64,000 nucleotides of DNA from Nitrospinales bacterium (GTDB lineage: Bacteria > Nitrospinota > Nitrospinia > Nitrospinales > VA-1), in contig CBDCWG010000012.1 of the NCBI GenBank assembly GCA_965223345.1, positions 96,001 to 160,000 of the forward strand, read 5' to 3'. The notes under the pieces were generated by a model that saw nothing but the letters and a program-made list of their open reading frames with translations, did no database searches and was not told the DNA's origin. A program made the position numbers and the translations under genes. This document shows positions 31,725 through 41,380 of the stretch, piece after piece. Numbering within the stretch: position 1 is the first letter of the stretch; each line of letters begins with the position of its first letter.

Positions 31725-34700
31725 ATGAAACTCAGGGACGGGACTCTGTATTATTTGGCAAAAACACACCCCCACGCTTCGCACATCACCGGAGAAAACG
31801 GTTTGTCTTGCAAGCACGCAGCTCAATTGCGAACCCAATCCGATGAGGGCGTTTTCATCTCCCGGCTCCGGCATTCGCGGTGTTTTCTCGCCGCTCTCCT
31901 GGTGCTGCTGCTGGCCGCCCTGCCCTCGCAAAGCCTGTCCTCCACCACGCGCGGCATCGTTTCCATGGCGGTGAAGAACAAGGCGGGCAAACGCGTGACC
32001 CTCTATAAGGAAAGCCACGCGCTGGTGATCGGGGTCAGCGAATACAACCGGGGCTGGCCGCAGCTTCCGGGTGTGAAAAAAGACGTGCAGGCGGTGCGCG
32101 ATGTTCTGATCGAACTCGGGTTTCACGTCGTGATGGTGGAAGACCCGGATCCGAAGGAACTGGAAGCGGCCTACAAGGATTTCGTCCTCAAATACGGGCT
32201 CGACCCGGAAAACCGGCTGCTGTTTTACTACGCGGGGCATGGTCACACGCACAAACCGGAGTATGCGACCAACGATCCCGAGGAATGGATGGGCTACCTG
32301 GTGGCCCGCGACGCGCCGGACCCGAAGGTGGATCTGCCGAATTTCTTCAAGCACGCGCTCAGCATGCGCTCGATCGAAGGCATCGCGCTGACCATCGAAT
32401 CCAAGCACGCCCTGTTCGTGTTCGACAGCTGTTTTTCCGGAACCATCTTCGGGCTGACCCGCGACATCCCCAAGGACATCCAGGAACGGACCGCCAAGCC
32501 GGTGCGCCAGTTCATCACCTCCGGCACGGCCGATCAGGTGGTTCCGGACATCAGCATTTTCCGCCGGCAGTTCGTGTCGGCGCTGGAGGGGGAAGCGGAC
32601 CGCAACAAGGACGGTTACGTGACGGGCACGGAGCTGGGTCTGTTCATGGAAGAGACGGTCACCAACCTCAGCCGCCGCACCCAGACCCCGCGCTACGGAA
32701 AGATCCAGAACCGGTTTTTGAACAAGGGGGATTTCGTGTTCCCCATCAAGTGGGAAGCGGTGCTCAACGAACCGGTGCCGAGCGAGGATGCGGAAGATCC
32801 GGGACTCACGGAAGATCCACAGGCGTTGATCCAGTATCTGATGAACCTGTCGAAAAATCCGCAGCTCAGCCGCGGCGTCGGCGGCAGAGACAAGAAAATC
32901 AAGAAGCATTTTTCCAAGCTGCGAAAGCTCGACAACCTGAGCGACACGGCGGTGTCGGTGAAAACCAAGATCAAGCTGTGGAAGGACTTCATCCAGCTCT
33001 ACCCCACCAGCAATCCGCACCTGGAAGAGGCGAAATCGATTCTGGAGCAATTGGTGGCCTCGGCGCCTCCGGAAGAGGACACCACGCAGCAGGAACTGCA
33101 GGCGGAATTCGCGCGGCTGATGGCCATGGATCAGCAGGCGGTGCGCCTGGATAAAAAAATCGACGCCTGGGAAGCGTTTCTCGAAAAATATCCCACCAAC
33201 AATCCCAAGAAGGATTTCGCCCGGTTCAAGATCGACAAGCTGAACAAGGACCTGGACATTCTGCTGAGCGGCGGGACGCCCGGGTCGGGGGCCACCGCCA
33301 AAGCCGCCGCACCGGCTCCGTCGGCGGAGCAGACGAAAATGCAGGAGAAGGAAAAACAGCTGGCGCAGGAACTGGAGGCACTGAAAAAAGAACAGGCGCG
33401 CATCGCCGAAAAGAAAAAACAGCTGGCCGACAAACTGGAAGCGCAGCGCAAGGAACAGCAGCGGCTGGCGGAAGAGCGGCGGCTGGCTGCGGAGCGGGAA
33501 GCCAAACGCATCGCCGAAGAAAAACGCCTCGCCGCCGAACGGGAAGCGCGGCTGAAAGAGGAAAAACGCCTGGCCGAGGAACGGCGGCTGGCTGCGGAGC
33601 GGGAAGCCAAACGCATCGCCGAGGAAAAACGGCTCGCCGAGCAGAAACGGCTGGCGGAAGAGGCCGAGGCGAAACGCATCGCAGAAGAGAAACGCCTCGC
33701 CGAGGAGCGGCGGCTGGCCGCGGAACTCGATGCGAAAATCGCCGAGCAAAAACGCCTCGCCGAAGAACGGCGGCTGGCGCAGGAGGCGGAAGCCAAACGC
33801 AGGGCGGAGGAGTTCCGGCTGGCCGAGGAGAAGCGGCTCGCCGAGGAGGCGGAAGCCAAACGCAAAGCGGAAGAGAAACGCCTCGCGCAAAAGAAGCGGC
33901 TTGAAGAAGAGCGGCAGGCGCGCATCCAGGAAGAAAAGCGGCGCGAGGAAGCCAAACTTCTGCAACAGCAGCAACAGGCGAAGAAGGTCAAGGCGGAAGT
34001 CCAGGAAGCGGAGAAACGCCTGACGCTGGAGCTCAAAGAACAGCAAATGGAGCAGGAGCGCATCGACGACGAAAAAAGAAAACTGGCGGAAGAGCTGGAA
34101 GCGATCCAGAACGAACAAAAGATGCTGGCGGAAGAGAACCGGCGGCTGGAGCTGGAACGGCACGCGCAGATACTGGAAGAAGCGCGCTTGGCGGAAGAAA
34201 AGCGTCTGCTGGAGATCCAGGAAGAGCTGCCCGCGCCCTCGGTCGTGCCGGAACCGATGGAGCTGGCCCGTTACGAACCTCCGGCCGATGCGAACGATGC
34301 GTCCGACGCTTTCGGGGAAATGGTTCTCATCCCTTCGGGAACCTTCCAGCTGACCGGCGGCGGTGAAAAACACCGCGAGTTTCTGGGGGATTTCTACATG
34401 GATGCGCGGGAAGTGACGCAGGCTGAATTTTTACGCGTGATGGGCACCAACCCCTCCCACTTCAAGGGCGATGCGCTTCCCGTCGAGCAGGTGACCTGGG
34501 AGGAAGCGAACCAGTACTGCGCGAAAATCGGCAAACGCCTGCCCACCAGCGCGGAGTGGGAGAAAGCGGCGCGATCGGGCAAGAAGACCAAATATTTCTG
34601 GGGCGACCGGTTCGAAAAGAACCGGGCCAACTGCACCGGTTGCGGCAGCGACTGGGACGGCAGCAAGACCGCGCCGGTGGGAAGTTTCCCCCCGAACGAC

Positions 34701-35717
34701 TGGGGCCTGTACGACATGGCGGGCAACGTCTGGGAATGGGTGCAGGACACGCACGACGAAATCTTCCGCGTGTTGAGAGGGGGATCGTGGATGGACGACA
34801 CCAGTTTCGTGCATGCGGGCGGTTTTTATTTCGTGCCGCCGGAAAACCGCAGCAGCGACATCGGATTCCGCTGCGCGGTCTCCAAAGAGAACAAACGCCT
34901 CGCCGAGGAACGCATGCGCCTGGGGCAAAAAGGCGCGGGCGTGCGCACCGCAGCCCTGCCGCAGCAGCGGGTTCCCCGGGACTGGGAGATCCCCCTGCCC
35001 GAGCCAGCGTCTGAACTGAAAACTTCCGCGGTGGCGCCTTCCGAATCGCAACGGGATCTTGCCGTTCCTTCGCAGGTGAAAGGCATGGTGCGGATTGAAG
35101 CCGGGAAATTCAAGATGGGCTCCGCAAACGGCGACGCGGACGAAAGCCCGGTGCACACGGTCTATCTCGACACCTACCTGATCGACAAGACCGAGGTCAC
35201 GCAAAAAGATTTTGAAGAGGTGATGGGGTTCAATCCGGCGGAGTTCAAGCGAAAGGATGGACCGGTGGACAACGTCACCTGGAAGGAAGCCTCGCAATAC
35301 TGCGAAAAAGTCGGCAAGCGGCTGCCCACGGAAGCGGAATGGGAACGCGCGGCGCGGGCGGGAACCGACAGCAAATACTACTGGGGCAATGACGCCGACG
35401 CGGAATACGGCTGGTGGGGCACGGACGACACGTCGTGGTACGGGCCGCACCCGGTGGCAAAAAAGCAGCCCAACGCGCTGGGACTGCACGACATGGCGGG
35501 CAACGTCTGGGAATGGGTGGCCGACTGGTTCGAGGAGAGTTATTACAAGGGCAGCCCCGACAGCAACCCCAAAGGCCCCGCAACAGGGACGCAGAAAGTG
35601 CTGCGCGGCGGCGGCTGGGATGAGTCCCCGGCGTTCGTGCGCATGGCCAACCGCGCGCACAGCGCGCCTGCGGAGCGTTACAACGTCAACGGATTCCGCT
35701 GCGCCAAGACACCTTAA
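31725..35717 (+). CDS. Secreted caspase-like (peptidase C14) protein with long charged coiled coil and two FGE-sulfatase domains
   Basis: Hydrophobic signal segment; ALVIG, YYAGHG and FDSCFSG (His/Cys dyad); EEKRLA repeats; two RLPTxAEWE/DMAGNVWEW/GFRC domains. True start may be downstream. Confidence 0.88.
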   Translation: MKLRDGTLYYLAKTHPHASHITGENGLSCKHAAQLRTQSDEGVFISRLRHSRCFLAALLVLLLAALPSQSLSSTTRGIVSMAVKNKAGKRVTLYKESHALVIGVSEYNRGWPQLPGVKKDVQAVRDVLIELGFHVVMVEDPDPKELEAAYKDFVLKYGLDPENRLLFYYAGHGHTHKPEYATNDPEEWMGYLVARDAPDPKVDLPNFFKHALSMRSIEGIALTIESKHALFVFDSCFSGTIFGLTRDIPKDIQERTAKPVRQFITSGTADQVVPDISIFRRQFVSALEGEADRNKDGYVTGTELGLFMEETVTNLSRRTQTPRYGKIQNRFLNKGDFVFPIKWEAVLNEPVPSEDAEDPGLTEDPQALIQYLMNLSKNPQLSRGVGGRDKKIKKHFSKLRKLDNLSDTAVSVKTKIKLWKDFIQLYPTSNPHLEEAKSILEQLVASAPPEEDTTQQELQAEFARLMAMDQQAVRLDKKIDAWEAFLEKYPTNNPKKDFARFKIDKLNKDLDILLSGGTPGSGATAKAAAPAPSAEQTKMQEKEKQLAQELEALKKEQARIAEKKKQLADKLEAQRKEQQRLAEERRLAAEREAKRIAEEKRLAAEREARLKEEKRLAEERRLAAEREAKRIAEEKRLAEQKRLAEEAEAKRIAEEKRLAEERRLAAELDAKIAEQKRLAEERRLAQEAEAKRRAEEFRLAEEKRLAEEAEAKRKAEEKRLAQKKRLEEERQARIQEEKRREEAKLLQQQQQAKKVKAEVQEAEKRLTLELKEQQMEQERIDDEKRKLAEELEAIQNEQKMLAEENRRLELERHAQILEEARLAEEKRLLEIQEELPAPSVVPEPMELARYEPPADANDASDAFGEMVLIPSGTFQLTGGGEKHREFLGDFYMDAREVTQAEFLRVMGTNPSHFKGDALPVEQVTWEEANQYCAKIGKRLPTSAEWEKAARSGKKTKYFWGDRFEKNRANCTGCGSDWDGSKTAPVGSFPPNDWGLYDMAGNVWEWVQDTHDEIFRVLRGGSWMDDTSFVHAGGFYFVPPENRSSDIGFRCAVSKENKRLAEERMRLGQKGAGVRTAALPQQRVPRDWEIPLPEPASELKTSAVAPSESQRDLAVPSQVKGMVRIEAGKFKMGSANGDADESPVHTVYLDTYLIDKTEVTQKDFEEVMGFNPAEFKRKDGPVDNVTWKEASQYCEKVGKRLPTEAEWERAARAGTDSKYYWGNDADAEYGWWGTDDTSWYGPHPVAKKQPNALGLHDMAGNVWEWVADWFEESYYKGSPDSNPKGPATGTQKVLRGGGWDESPAFVRMANRAHSAPAERYNVNGFRCAKTP
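33460..33930 (+). repeat. Imperfect tandem coding repeats (AEEKRL/AEERRL/EAKRI) in the caspase protein
   Basis: Recurrent GAAAAACGCCTCGCC and CGGCGGCTGGC units visible in both DNA and protein. Confidence 0.85.
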
Positions 35718-35747
35718 AAACTCACCTAGCGTTCCCAGGGCATGCGG

Positions 35748-36242
35748 TCAATCCGGCTTGCCGCCCTCCCACCATTTGCCCCAGCGCACCGAAGCGATGC
35801 TCTGGGCGAACTTTTTGCCTTCACGGTAAAACACCCGATACGCACCGCTGTCGCCGGTGGCGTTCTGGCTGTGCCAGGTCTGTGCGGGAAACGCCGCCAG
35901 ATCGGGAATCCAGACACTCTCGGCGTCGGTTTTGCGGATCACCAGAAACCCGCTTTCCTTGGCGAATTCGAAATCCGCAAACAGCGTCACGGTGGCGCCG
36001 GGCGGCCCTTCCAGAATGATGGAATAGATCCCGGAACAGAAATAATAGTTGAACCCGCGCAAATCGCGCAGGTCCTTGCCGGAAGCGAGTTTCAGGCTGC
36101 CCTCGCAGCTGTCCATGATGGTGCCGAAGCCCCCGAGGTCGGGGCCCTTGATGAGGGTCAGTTGTGCGGATTCACCGCCCGACAGCGGTGTGGATGCGAA
36201 CAGAAAAGTAAGGAACAGCCATCCGGCAATGTGACGTTTCAT
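35748..36242 (-). CDS. Secreted hypothetical protein
   Basis: Signal-peptide-like N-terminus MKRHIAGWLFLTFLFA; one Cys pair. Confidence 0.65.
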   Translation of the reverse strand: MKRHIAGWLFLTFLFASTPLSGGESAQLTLIKGPDLGGFGTIMDSCEGSLKLASGKDLRDLRGFNYYFCSGIYSIILEGPPGATVTLFADFEFAKESGFLVIRKTDAESVWIPDLAAFPAQTWHSQNATGDSGAYRVFYREGKKFAQSIASVRWGKWWEGGKPD

Positions 36243-36489
36243 GGCGGGGTGCCCTCGCATGTGAGTCGATCGCCGGCAGCGCGGCGCTTCCCGATGGCAT
36301 TGCCTGCCCATGCGGGATTCAAGTATCGCGCATCGTTTTTGCTAAATCAACCTCCGTTGACGAAACCTGCGGCCCGCCGGCTCGTGAGCCTCCTTGCGCT
36401 CAGCGGCGCGGGTTGTATCCCGGTTTTGAGGCAAAAAAAATTCCATCCCCAAACGGGGATGGAATTTTTATGCGGAAACGTGCCGCTGT

Positions 36490-36897
36490 TTATTTCACGA
36501 CGAAGCTGATCGCGTTGGTGACCGGCGGATCGTAAGGCACGTGGTCGCCGGTGGCGAAGAGGGTCTGGATCGTGTGAAAACCCGGCTCCAGGTTCAACGT
36601 CTTGCAGCTCGAACCGTCGCCCATGTGCACGTGATTTTGATCCTTCGGAATCGGCTTGCTCAAATCCTTGGGAACGGGAACGTCGATCAGAAGATGATGG
36701 TGCCCGGCTCCTTTGCGGACGCCTTTGCTCGCCGGTTCCACGGCATAACCCTGGACATCCATGCAGATTTCCACCGGTGCGCTCACGGTCGAGTTCGGAG
36801 TGGGTTTGGTGAAGGTGATTCCGGGAGTGCACCCCCATTGAAATCCAAGAACTACCAGCCCTGCGGCGGCCACCCAAAATCGTGCTGTGCGTTTCAT
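36490..36897 (-). CDS. DUF4399 domain lipoprotein
   Basis: Lipobox-like QWGC; GHHHLLID, HMGDG, LEPGFHT, GDHVPY motifs. Confidence 0.85.
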   Translation of the reverse strand: MKRTARFWVAAAGLVVLGFQWGCTPGITFTKPTPNSTVSAPVEICMDVQGYAVEPASKGVRKGAGHHHLLIDVPVPKDLSKPIPKDQNHVHMGDGSSCKTLNLEPGFHTIQTLFATGDHVPYDPPVTNAISFVVK

Positions 36898-37271
36898 ACT
36901 GCCCCCTTTATGAATTGTAGAGTTCAAAATTTCGGTCCTCTCCCAATGGGAACCATCCAGGACCTGTCTGTATTCCTGCGTCCTCAGACGTCTTTGCCGC
37001 TTTCCACTCCCAAACCATCCACTGTATTCGGTTTCTTTCCGGCGCGGACAACCGTTGAAATGCGCCCGAAAAGTCCATTGTTCAGCCGCATCCACGAGCC
37101 TGAATGGGACAATTTCTGTACGCGGCCCTCCGAACAGGCGGGTTGTCTATCGATGCGCTGCACATGGATAGGCGATTATACCCCAAACCCCGCGCGCCGC
37201 CCCAACAATTTTTTGCGTGCGCCCAAACACTCTCATTTTTGACCTCCAGATCCATGCCCGGGGCATGCGGG

Positions 37272-39998
37272 TCAAAAACTTTTGCGCACCAGTTCCTTGA
37301 TCGCGGGATGGTACTGCGCCGGGATGTTCTTGGACCGCTTGATGACCGCTTCGATGGCTTCGCCTTCGCTGGCAAAATTCTTGATCGTGCGGATCAGGTT
37401 CTCGTGGTATTCGACGATTTTCTGGTGCACCAGATCCTGATGCGGCAGGCCGTCCGAAATGGTTTCGGCCACCTTGTTGCGGTCGAGATCGTTTTTCACC
37501 AGAAGATCGAAACAGATGCCCTTGAACCGCGAGGACACGGTGTTGCGGCTCATGTTGAGCTGGGCTGCGGTCTCGTTAATTTCAAACCCTTTTTCCCGCA
37601 GCACGTTGAGCAGCGTCTCGTCCTCGACGCCGCCTTTGGATTTGCCGGAACGGGCGCGCGCCGGGGTCTCCACAGGCGGCGGGGCCTGGGACACTTTGTC
37701 GAGCCCCAGATCCTTCTCCTGAATGAGTTTTTTCGTGGCCAGGGTGATGCCGCGCTGGATGACGTTTTCCAGTTCGCGGATGTTGCCGCGCCATTCGCAG
37801 GCCACCAGTTTCTTCATGGCCTGATCGGACACGCCTTCCAGATCCTTGCCGTATTCGCTGGCGTATTTCTCGACGAAATGCTGCACCAGGAACGGAATGT
37901 CCTCCCTGCGTTCGCGCAGGGGCGGCAGGGTCACGGTGAGGGCGTTCAAGCGGTAAAACAGGTCCTCGCGGAATTCGCCCTTCTGAATCTGGCTTTCCAG
38001 GTTCTTGTGGGTGGCGGCGATGACACGGGTGTCGATCTTGAACGCTTCGCCGCCGATGGGCTGCACTTCCTTTTGCTGCAGCACCCGCAGCAGCTTCACC
38101 TGTGCGTCGAGCTGCGTGTCGCCGATTTCATCGAGGAAGATGGTGCCGCGGTCGGCCACGGAAAATTTGCCTTTCTTGGAACTGCTGGCTCCGGTGAACG
38201 CGCCTTTGGTGTGGCCGAACAGCTCGCTTTCCACCAGGTCACGCGGGATCGCCCCCATGTTGACAGCGATGAAGTTCTCGTTCTGGCGCGGGCTCATCAG
38301 GTGCAGCGCGCGGGCGAACAACTCCTTGCCGGTCCCCGATTCGCCGAGGATCAACACCGGAGACGGCACGGACGCGTACTGCTTCAAAATGCGGAAGGTT
38401 TCCAGGCATTTCTTGTTTTGCGTGACGATGCCGTTGGCCATGCACTCTTCCCGCAGCGCTTCGTAGTCGTCGCCCAGGGCGTGCTCGTCTTCGGAGACGT
38501 TGACCTTGAGGTCGGAAAATTTCGCGACCAGGGAGGCGTGTTCCTCCTGCAGGCGGTTTTTTTCTTTCAGCACCGAATCCAGCTTGGTTTTGAGTTCCTG
38601 AATGTCGTGCGAGCGGATCTCCTCCTGCTTTTTCTCTTCCACCAGGCCTTCCTGCAATTCGTCCAGCTGCCCCTGAGTCTCGAACAGTTCTTTCTCCTTG
38701 GCCGCCAGATCGCGCGAGATCGCGGCCATGCGCGACTCGACGTCGTGCTTCTGCTTGAGCAGCGCGTCGGTGATCTGCTTTTCGGCGGTGGACTGGTAGA
38801 CGGAGACGATGAGGCTGGTGAGCAGGATCGCGAAGATCGGCGGGAACAATTCGATGATGACGCCGCCGGAAAACAGGATCACGCCGACCAAAAAATAGCC
38901 CGCCGCCAGCAGAAAGATCAGCACCATCTTTTCGACGTAGCGCCTCGAATGCAGGATCTGCGCGGTGGCCATGCCCATCAGCAGGATCAGCAACACGTCG
39001 AACCAGGGCGAGGTTTCGCGTAAAAAGTTCTGCGTCAGGATGGTGTTGATGATGTTGGCGTGGATGCCGGGGCCGGGATAGTTCTTCTCCAGCGGAATGG
39101 TTTTGACATCGCTGCCGGTGATGGTGTTGGCGATGAAGATGATCTTGCCGGCGAGGTCCTCGACTTTGCCGGTACTGGGTTCGGCGCTTTCCGTTCCGAC
39201 CGAGGCGAAGGAGGCGTGCTTGAACGTCTCGCCCCATTTGCCGGCGTAGTTGATGATCATCTGCCCCTTGTCGTCCACCGGGATGGCGATGTCGTTCATA
39301 CCGGCTTTGCGGGAGGCGTGCACGACGACGGCGGAGCCTTTGAGCTCCACATCGGCGGGCGTCAGGCCGAGAAAGTTGAGCACCACCTGGAAGCCGAGCG
39401 CCGGGATCAGCTTGTCCTGGTGCTTGACGATCAGCGGCACGCGGCGGACGATGCCGTCCTGGTCGCGGTTGGTGGCGATGTGCCCGACGCCGTTTTTGCG
39501 CAACAGGCCGGGCAGGGAGAAGATGACGTTTTCGGTGTGGAAAAAATCCTTGTCGGCGCTTCCGGGCAGCGGGTCCCAGAGATACGGCTTCAGCGCCTCG
39601 CCTTCGGTGGATTCCCCGGTTTCGGCGAGGCTCACCGCCGCGGGATAGATGAGGTTTCCGGCTTCTTTGGAGGCTTCGATCAGCGCCGTGTCCTGCTCGT
39701 CATCCTTGGGCAGGGCGAACAGCACGTCGTAGGCGATGACGGAGGCTTCCGCCTCCTTGAGAAAGCGCACCAGATCGGCGTGCAGGCTGCGCTTCCACGG
39801 CCACACGCCGTACTTCGCGGCGCTGGCGTCGTCCGCATCGATCATGATCAGATCGGCGTTCGCGTCGGTCCCGCCGCGCAGGATGAACCGGAAGTCCAGG
39901 GTCTTGAGTTCCCAGGCCCGGAACAGATCCTGGAACACCACGCTCAAAAACAGAGTGATCAGTGCGCCGCAGACACCCAGCGCCAGTTGCTTCTTCAT
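37272..39998 (-). CDS. Membrane-anchored CHASE2-domain sigma-54-dependent transcriptional activator (bEBP)
   Basis: N-terminal TM, CHASE2 motifs (WPWKRSLHA, DQDGIVRRVPL, PGPGIHANII), three TMs, coiled coil, AAA+ (GESGTGKE, ESELFGHTKGAFTGA, FLDEIG, FREDLFYRL, WRGNIRELEN), Fis-type HTH. Confidence 0.92.
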   Translation of the reverse strand: MKKQLALGVCGALITLFLSVVFQDLFRAWELKTLDFRFILRGGTDANADLIMIDADDASAAKYGVWPWKRSLHADLVRFLKEAEASVIAYDVLFALPKDDEQDTALIEASKEAGNLIYPAAVSLAETGESTEGEALKPYLWDPLPGSADKDFFHTENVIFSLPGLLRKNGVGHIATNRDQDGIVRRVPLIVKHQDKLIPALGFQVVLNFLGLTPADVELKGSAVVVHASRKAGMNDIAIPVDDKGQMIINYAGKWGETFKHASFASVGTESAEPSTGKVEDLAGKIIFIANTITGSDVKTIPLEKNYPGPGIHANIINTILTQNFLRETSPWFDVLLILLMGMATAQILHSRRYVEKMVLIFLLAAGYFLVGVILFSGGVIIELFPPIFAILLTSLIVSVYQSTAEKQITDALLKQKHDVESRMAAISRDLAAKEKELFETQGQLDELQEGLVEEKKQEEIRSHDIQELKTKLDSVLKEKNRLQEEHASLVAKFSDLKVNVSEDEHALGDDYEALREECMANGIVTQNKKCLETFRILKQYASVPSPVLILGESGTGKELFARALHLMSPRQNENFIAVNMGAIPRDLVESELFGHTKGAFTGASSSKKGKFSVADRGTIFLDEIGDTQLDAQVKLLRVLQQKEVQPIGGEAFKIDTRVIAATHKNLESQIQKGEFREDLFYRLNALTVTLPPLRERREDIPFLVQHFVEKYASEYGKDLEGVSDQAMKKLVACEWRGNIRELENVIQRGITLATKKLIQEKDLGLDKVSQAPPPVETPARARSGKSKGGVEDETLLNVLREKGFEINETAAQLNMSRNTVSSRFKGICFDLLVKNDLDRNKVAETISDGLPHQDLVHQKIVEYHENLIRTIKNFASEGEAIEAVIKRSKNIPAQYHPAIKELVRKSF

Positions 39999-40075
39999 AA
40001 GTTACTTTTCTCTCTCACGGGGCGTTGTTCGCCCCGGTGTTCCTTTGAGCGCGGCCCTTCCTCAAAGAGCGCGGT

Positions 40076-41380
40076 TCAGCGGGTCGCCTCCTTGCCGGAG
40101 GTGCCGATCATGTCGATCGGCTTGCTGGGCTTATCCACCAGCGGAACGGGCTCTTCCTTGCCCGTGGTGCCGATCATGTCGATCGGTTTTTCCGGCTTGT
40201 CCACCAGCGGGATGGGCCGGGTGCCGCGAATCGAATCGTCCGCGCGTTCATTGATGAATATTTCCAGGGTGGCCACCGCCCATTCCGAAATGGTTTTATC
40301 GGAAAAGGCATCGAGCAGGGCTTTCAAATCCTTCTCGCCCGCCACCGTTCCCGGCCGGATGCTGTAAAACCCATTGTTCCCCAGTGCATCCAGCGGCCAT
40401 TCGCGGGTTTCGGAAAACAGGGCTTTGAACCGTTCCATGCCGATCGGTCCGGCGATCTTGAACTCCACACCCGAATCGAGTTTGGGTATGTTGTGCGTCA
40501 CGCCCGCCTCCAGAAAATTGTCCGGTGCGGCGGGGTTGGGAAATATCACCTTGGCGCCGCCGTCGGGACTGATTTCCACGAGGATCAGGTAACCGGGTTT
40601 TTCTGTCTTCACAGAAAATGTGATGAGATCTCCGATACCGTAGCTCTTTTTATCGGTCCATAATGCAATGTCATCAGCGGAACCGAAAGATTCCAGTTCG
40701 ATCAGATCTCTCAGGTATTTTTCATACCCTCCCAGGCTGCGCGACACTCTGAGCGGAACCACCGGTCCCGACGCGGTGTGCAGCAGTTTCTTATCGTGCG
40801 CAGAAATCGCCTCCACGGGAAAACGGGCACGGCCGTCGTAAACGATGTCGCCCGTCGCCGCGGACACCAGTTGCGGCTGCACGCTGAGTCCATTGCTCTC
40901 GGTCTGGTAAATGCCCCTGACATAATAGTCCAGTCCGTTCACTTTGGCAATTTGCTTCAGCCCGTCCGTCTCTTCGGAAGCCGAAATTCCCAGCACGCTG
41001 AGCCGGTCCGACTGAAACAGATGCAGCAGCATGTCTTCCCGCAGCCGGCGGCTGAAATCGGTGACCCGGTTGCCGCGGGCCTCCCGGAATTGCAACACGC
41101 CGATGCGCGGGGTTTCGCCGCGAGGAATATTTTTCAGGATCTGCCGGGCGAGGTCGGCCACTTTTTCGTTCCACAACGGGGTCTTTCCCGGAATGGCGAT
41201 GGCGGGCGTTGCCGCTTGCCGGTTTTCCGCCTGCACGCGTGGAATCTCTGCGTAAACGCTCGCGGTCAAAAGAAAAAACAGCGACGCCCCGCACGCGGCA
41301 CAGCCGACGATCGGGATCCGCGGTGTGGTTTCGAAACGCTGCTTCCAGACCTCCCAGAACAGTTTTTTGTCTTTTTTCAT
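40076..41380 (-). CDS. Exported protein with FlgO/TolB-N-like domain, DUF4384-like domain and C-terminal 22-aa duplication
   Basis: Signal/TM segment; WTDKKSYGIGDLITF...IFPN...GPIGMERFKALFS typical of DUF4384; co-oriented directly upstream of the CHASE2-bEBP. Confidence 0.75.
   Translation of the reverse strand: MKKDKKLFWEVWKQRFETTPRIPIVGCAACGASLFFLLTASVYAEIPRVQAENRQAATPAIAIPGKTPLWNEKVADLARQILKNIPRGETPRIGVLQFREARGNRVTDFSRRLREDMLLHLFQSDRLSVLGISASEETDGLKQIAKVNGLDYYVRGIYQTESNGLSVQPQLVSAATGDIVYDGRARFPVEAISAHDKKLLHTASGPVVPLRVSRSLGGYEKYLRDLIELESFGSADDIALWTDKKSYGIGDLITFSVKTEKPGYLILVEISPDGGAKVIFPNPAAPDNFLEAGVTHNIPKLDSGVEFKIAGPIGMERFKALFSETREWPLDALGNNGFYSIRPGTVAGEKDLKALLDAFSDKTISEWAVATLEIFINERADDSIRGTRPIPLVDKPEKPIDMIGTTGKEEPVPLVDKPSKPIDMIGTSGKEATR
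40089..40216 (-). repeat. 66-bp tandem duplication (PLVDKPxKPIDMIGTxGKE twice)
   Basis: Units offset by 66 nt at 40089 and 40155. Confidence 0.85.
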
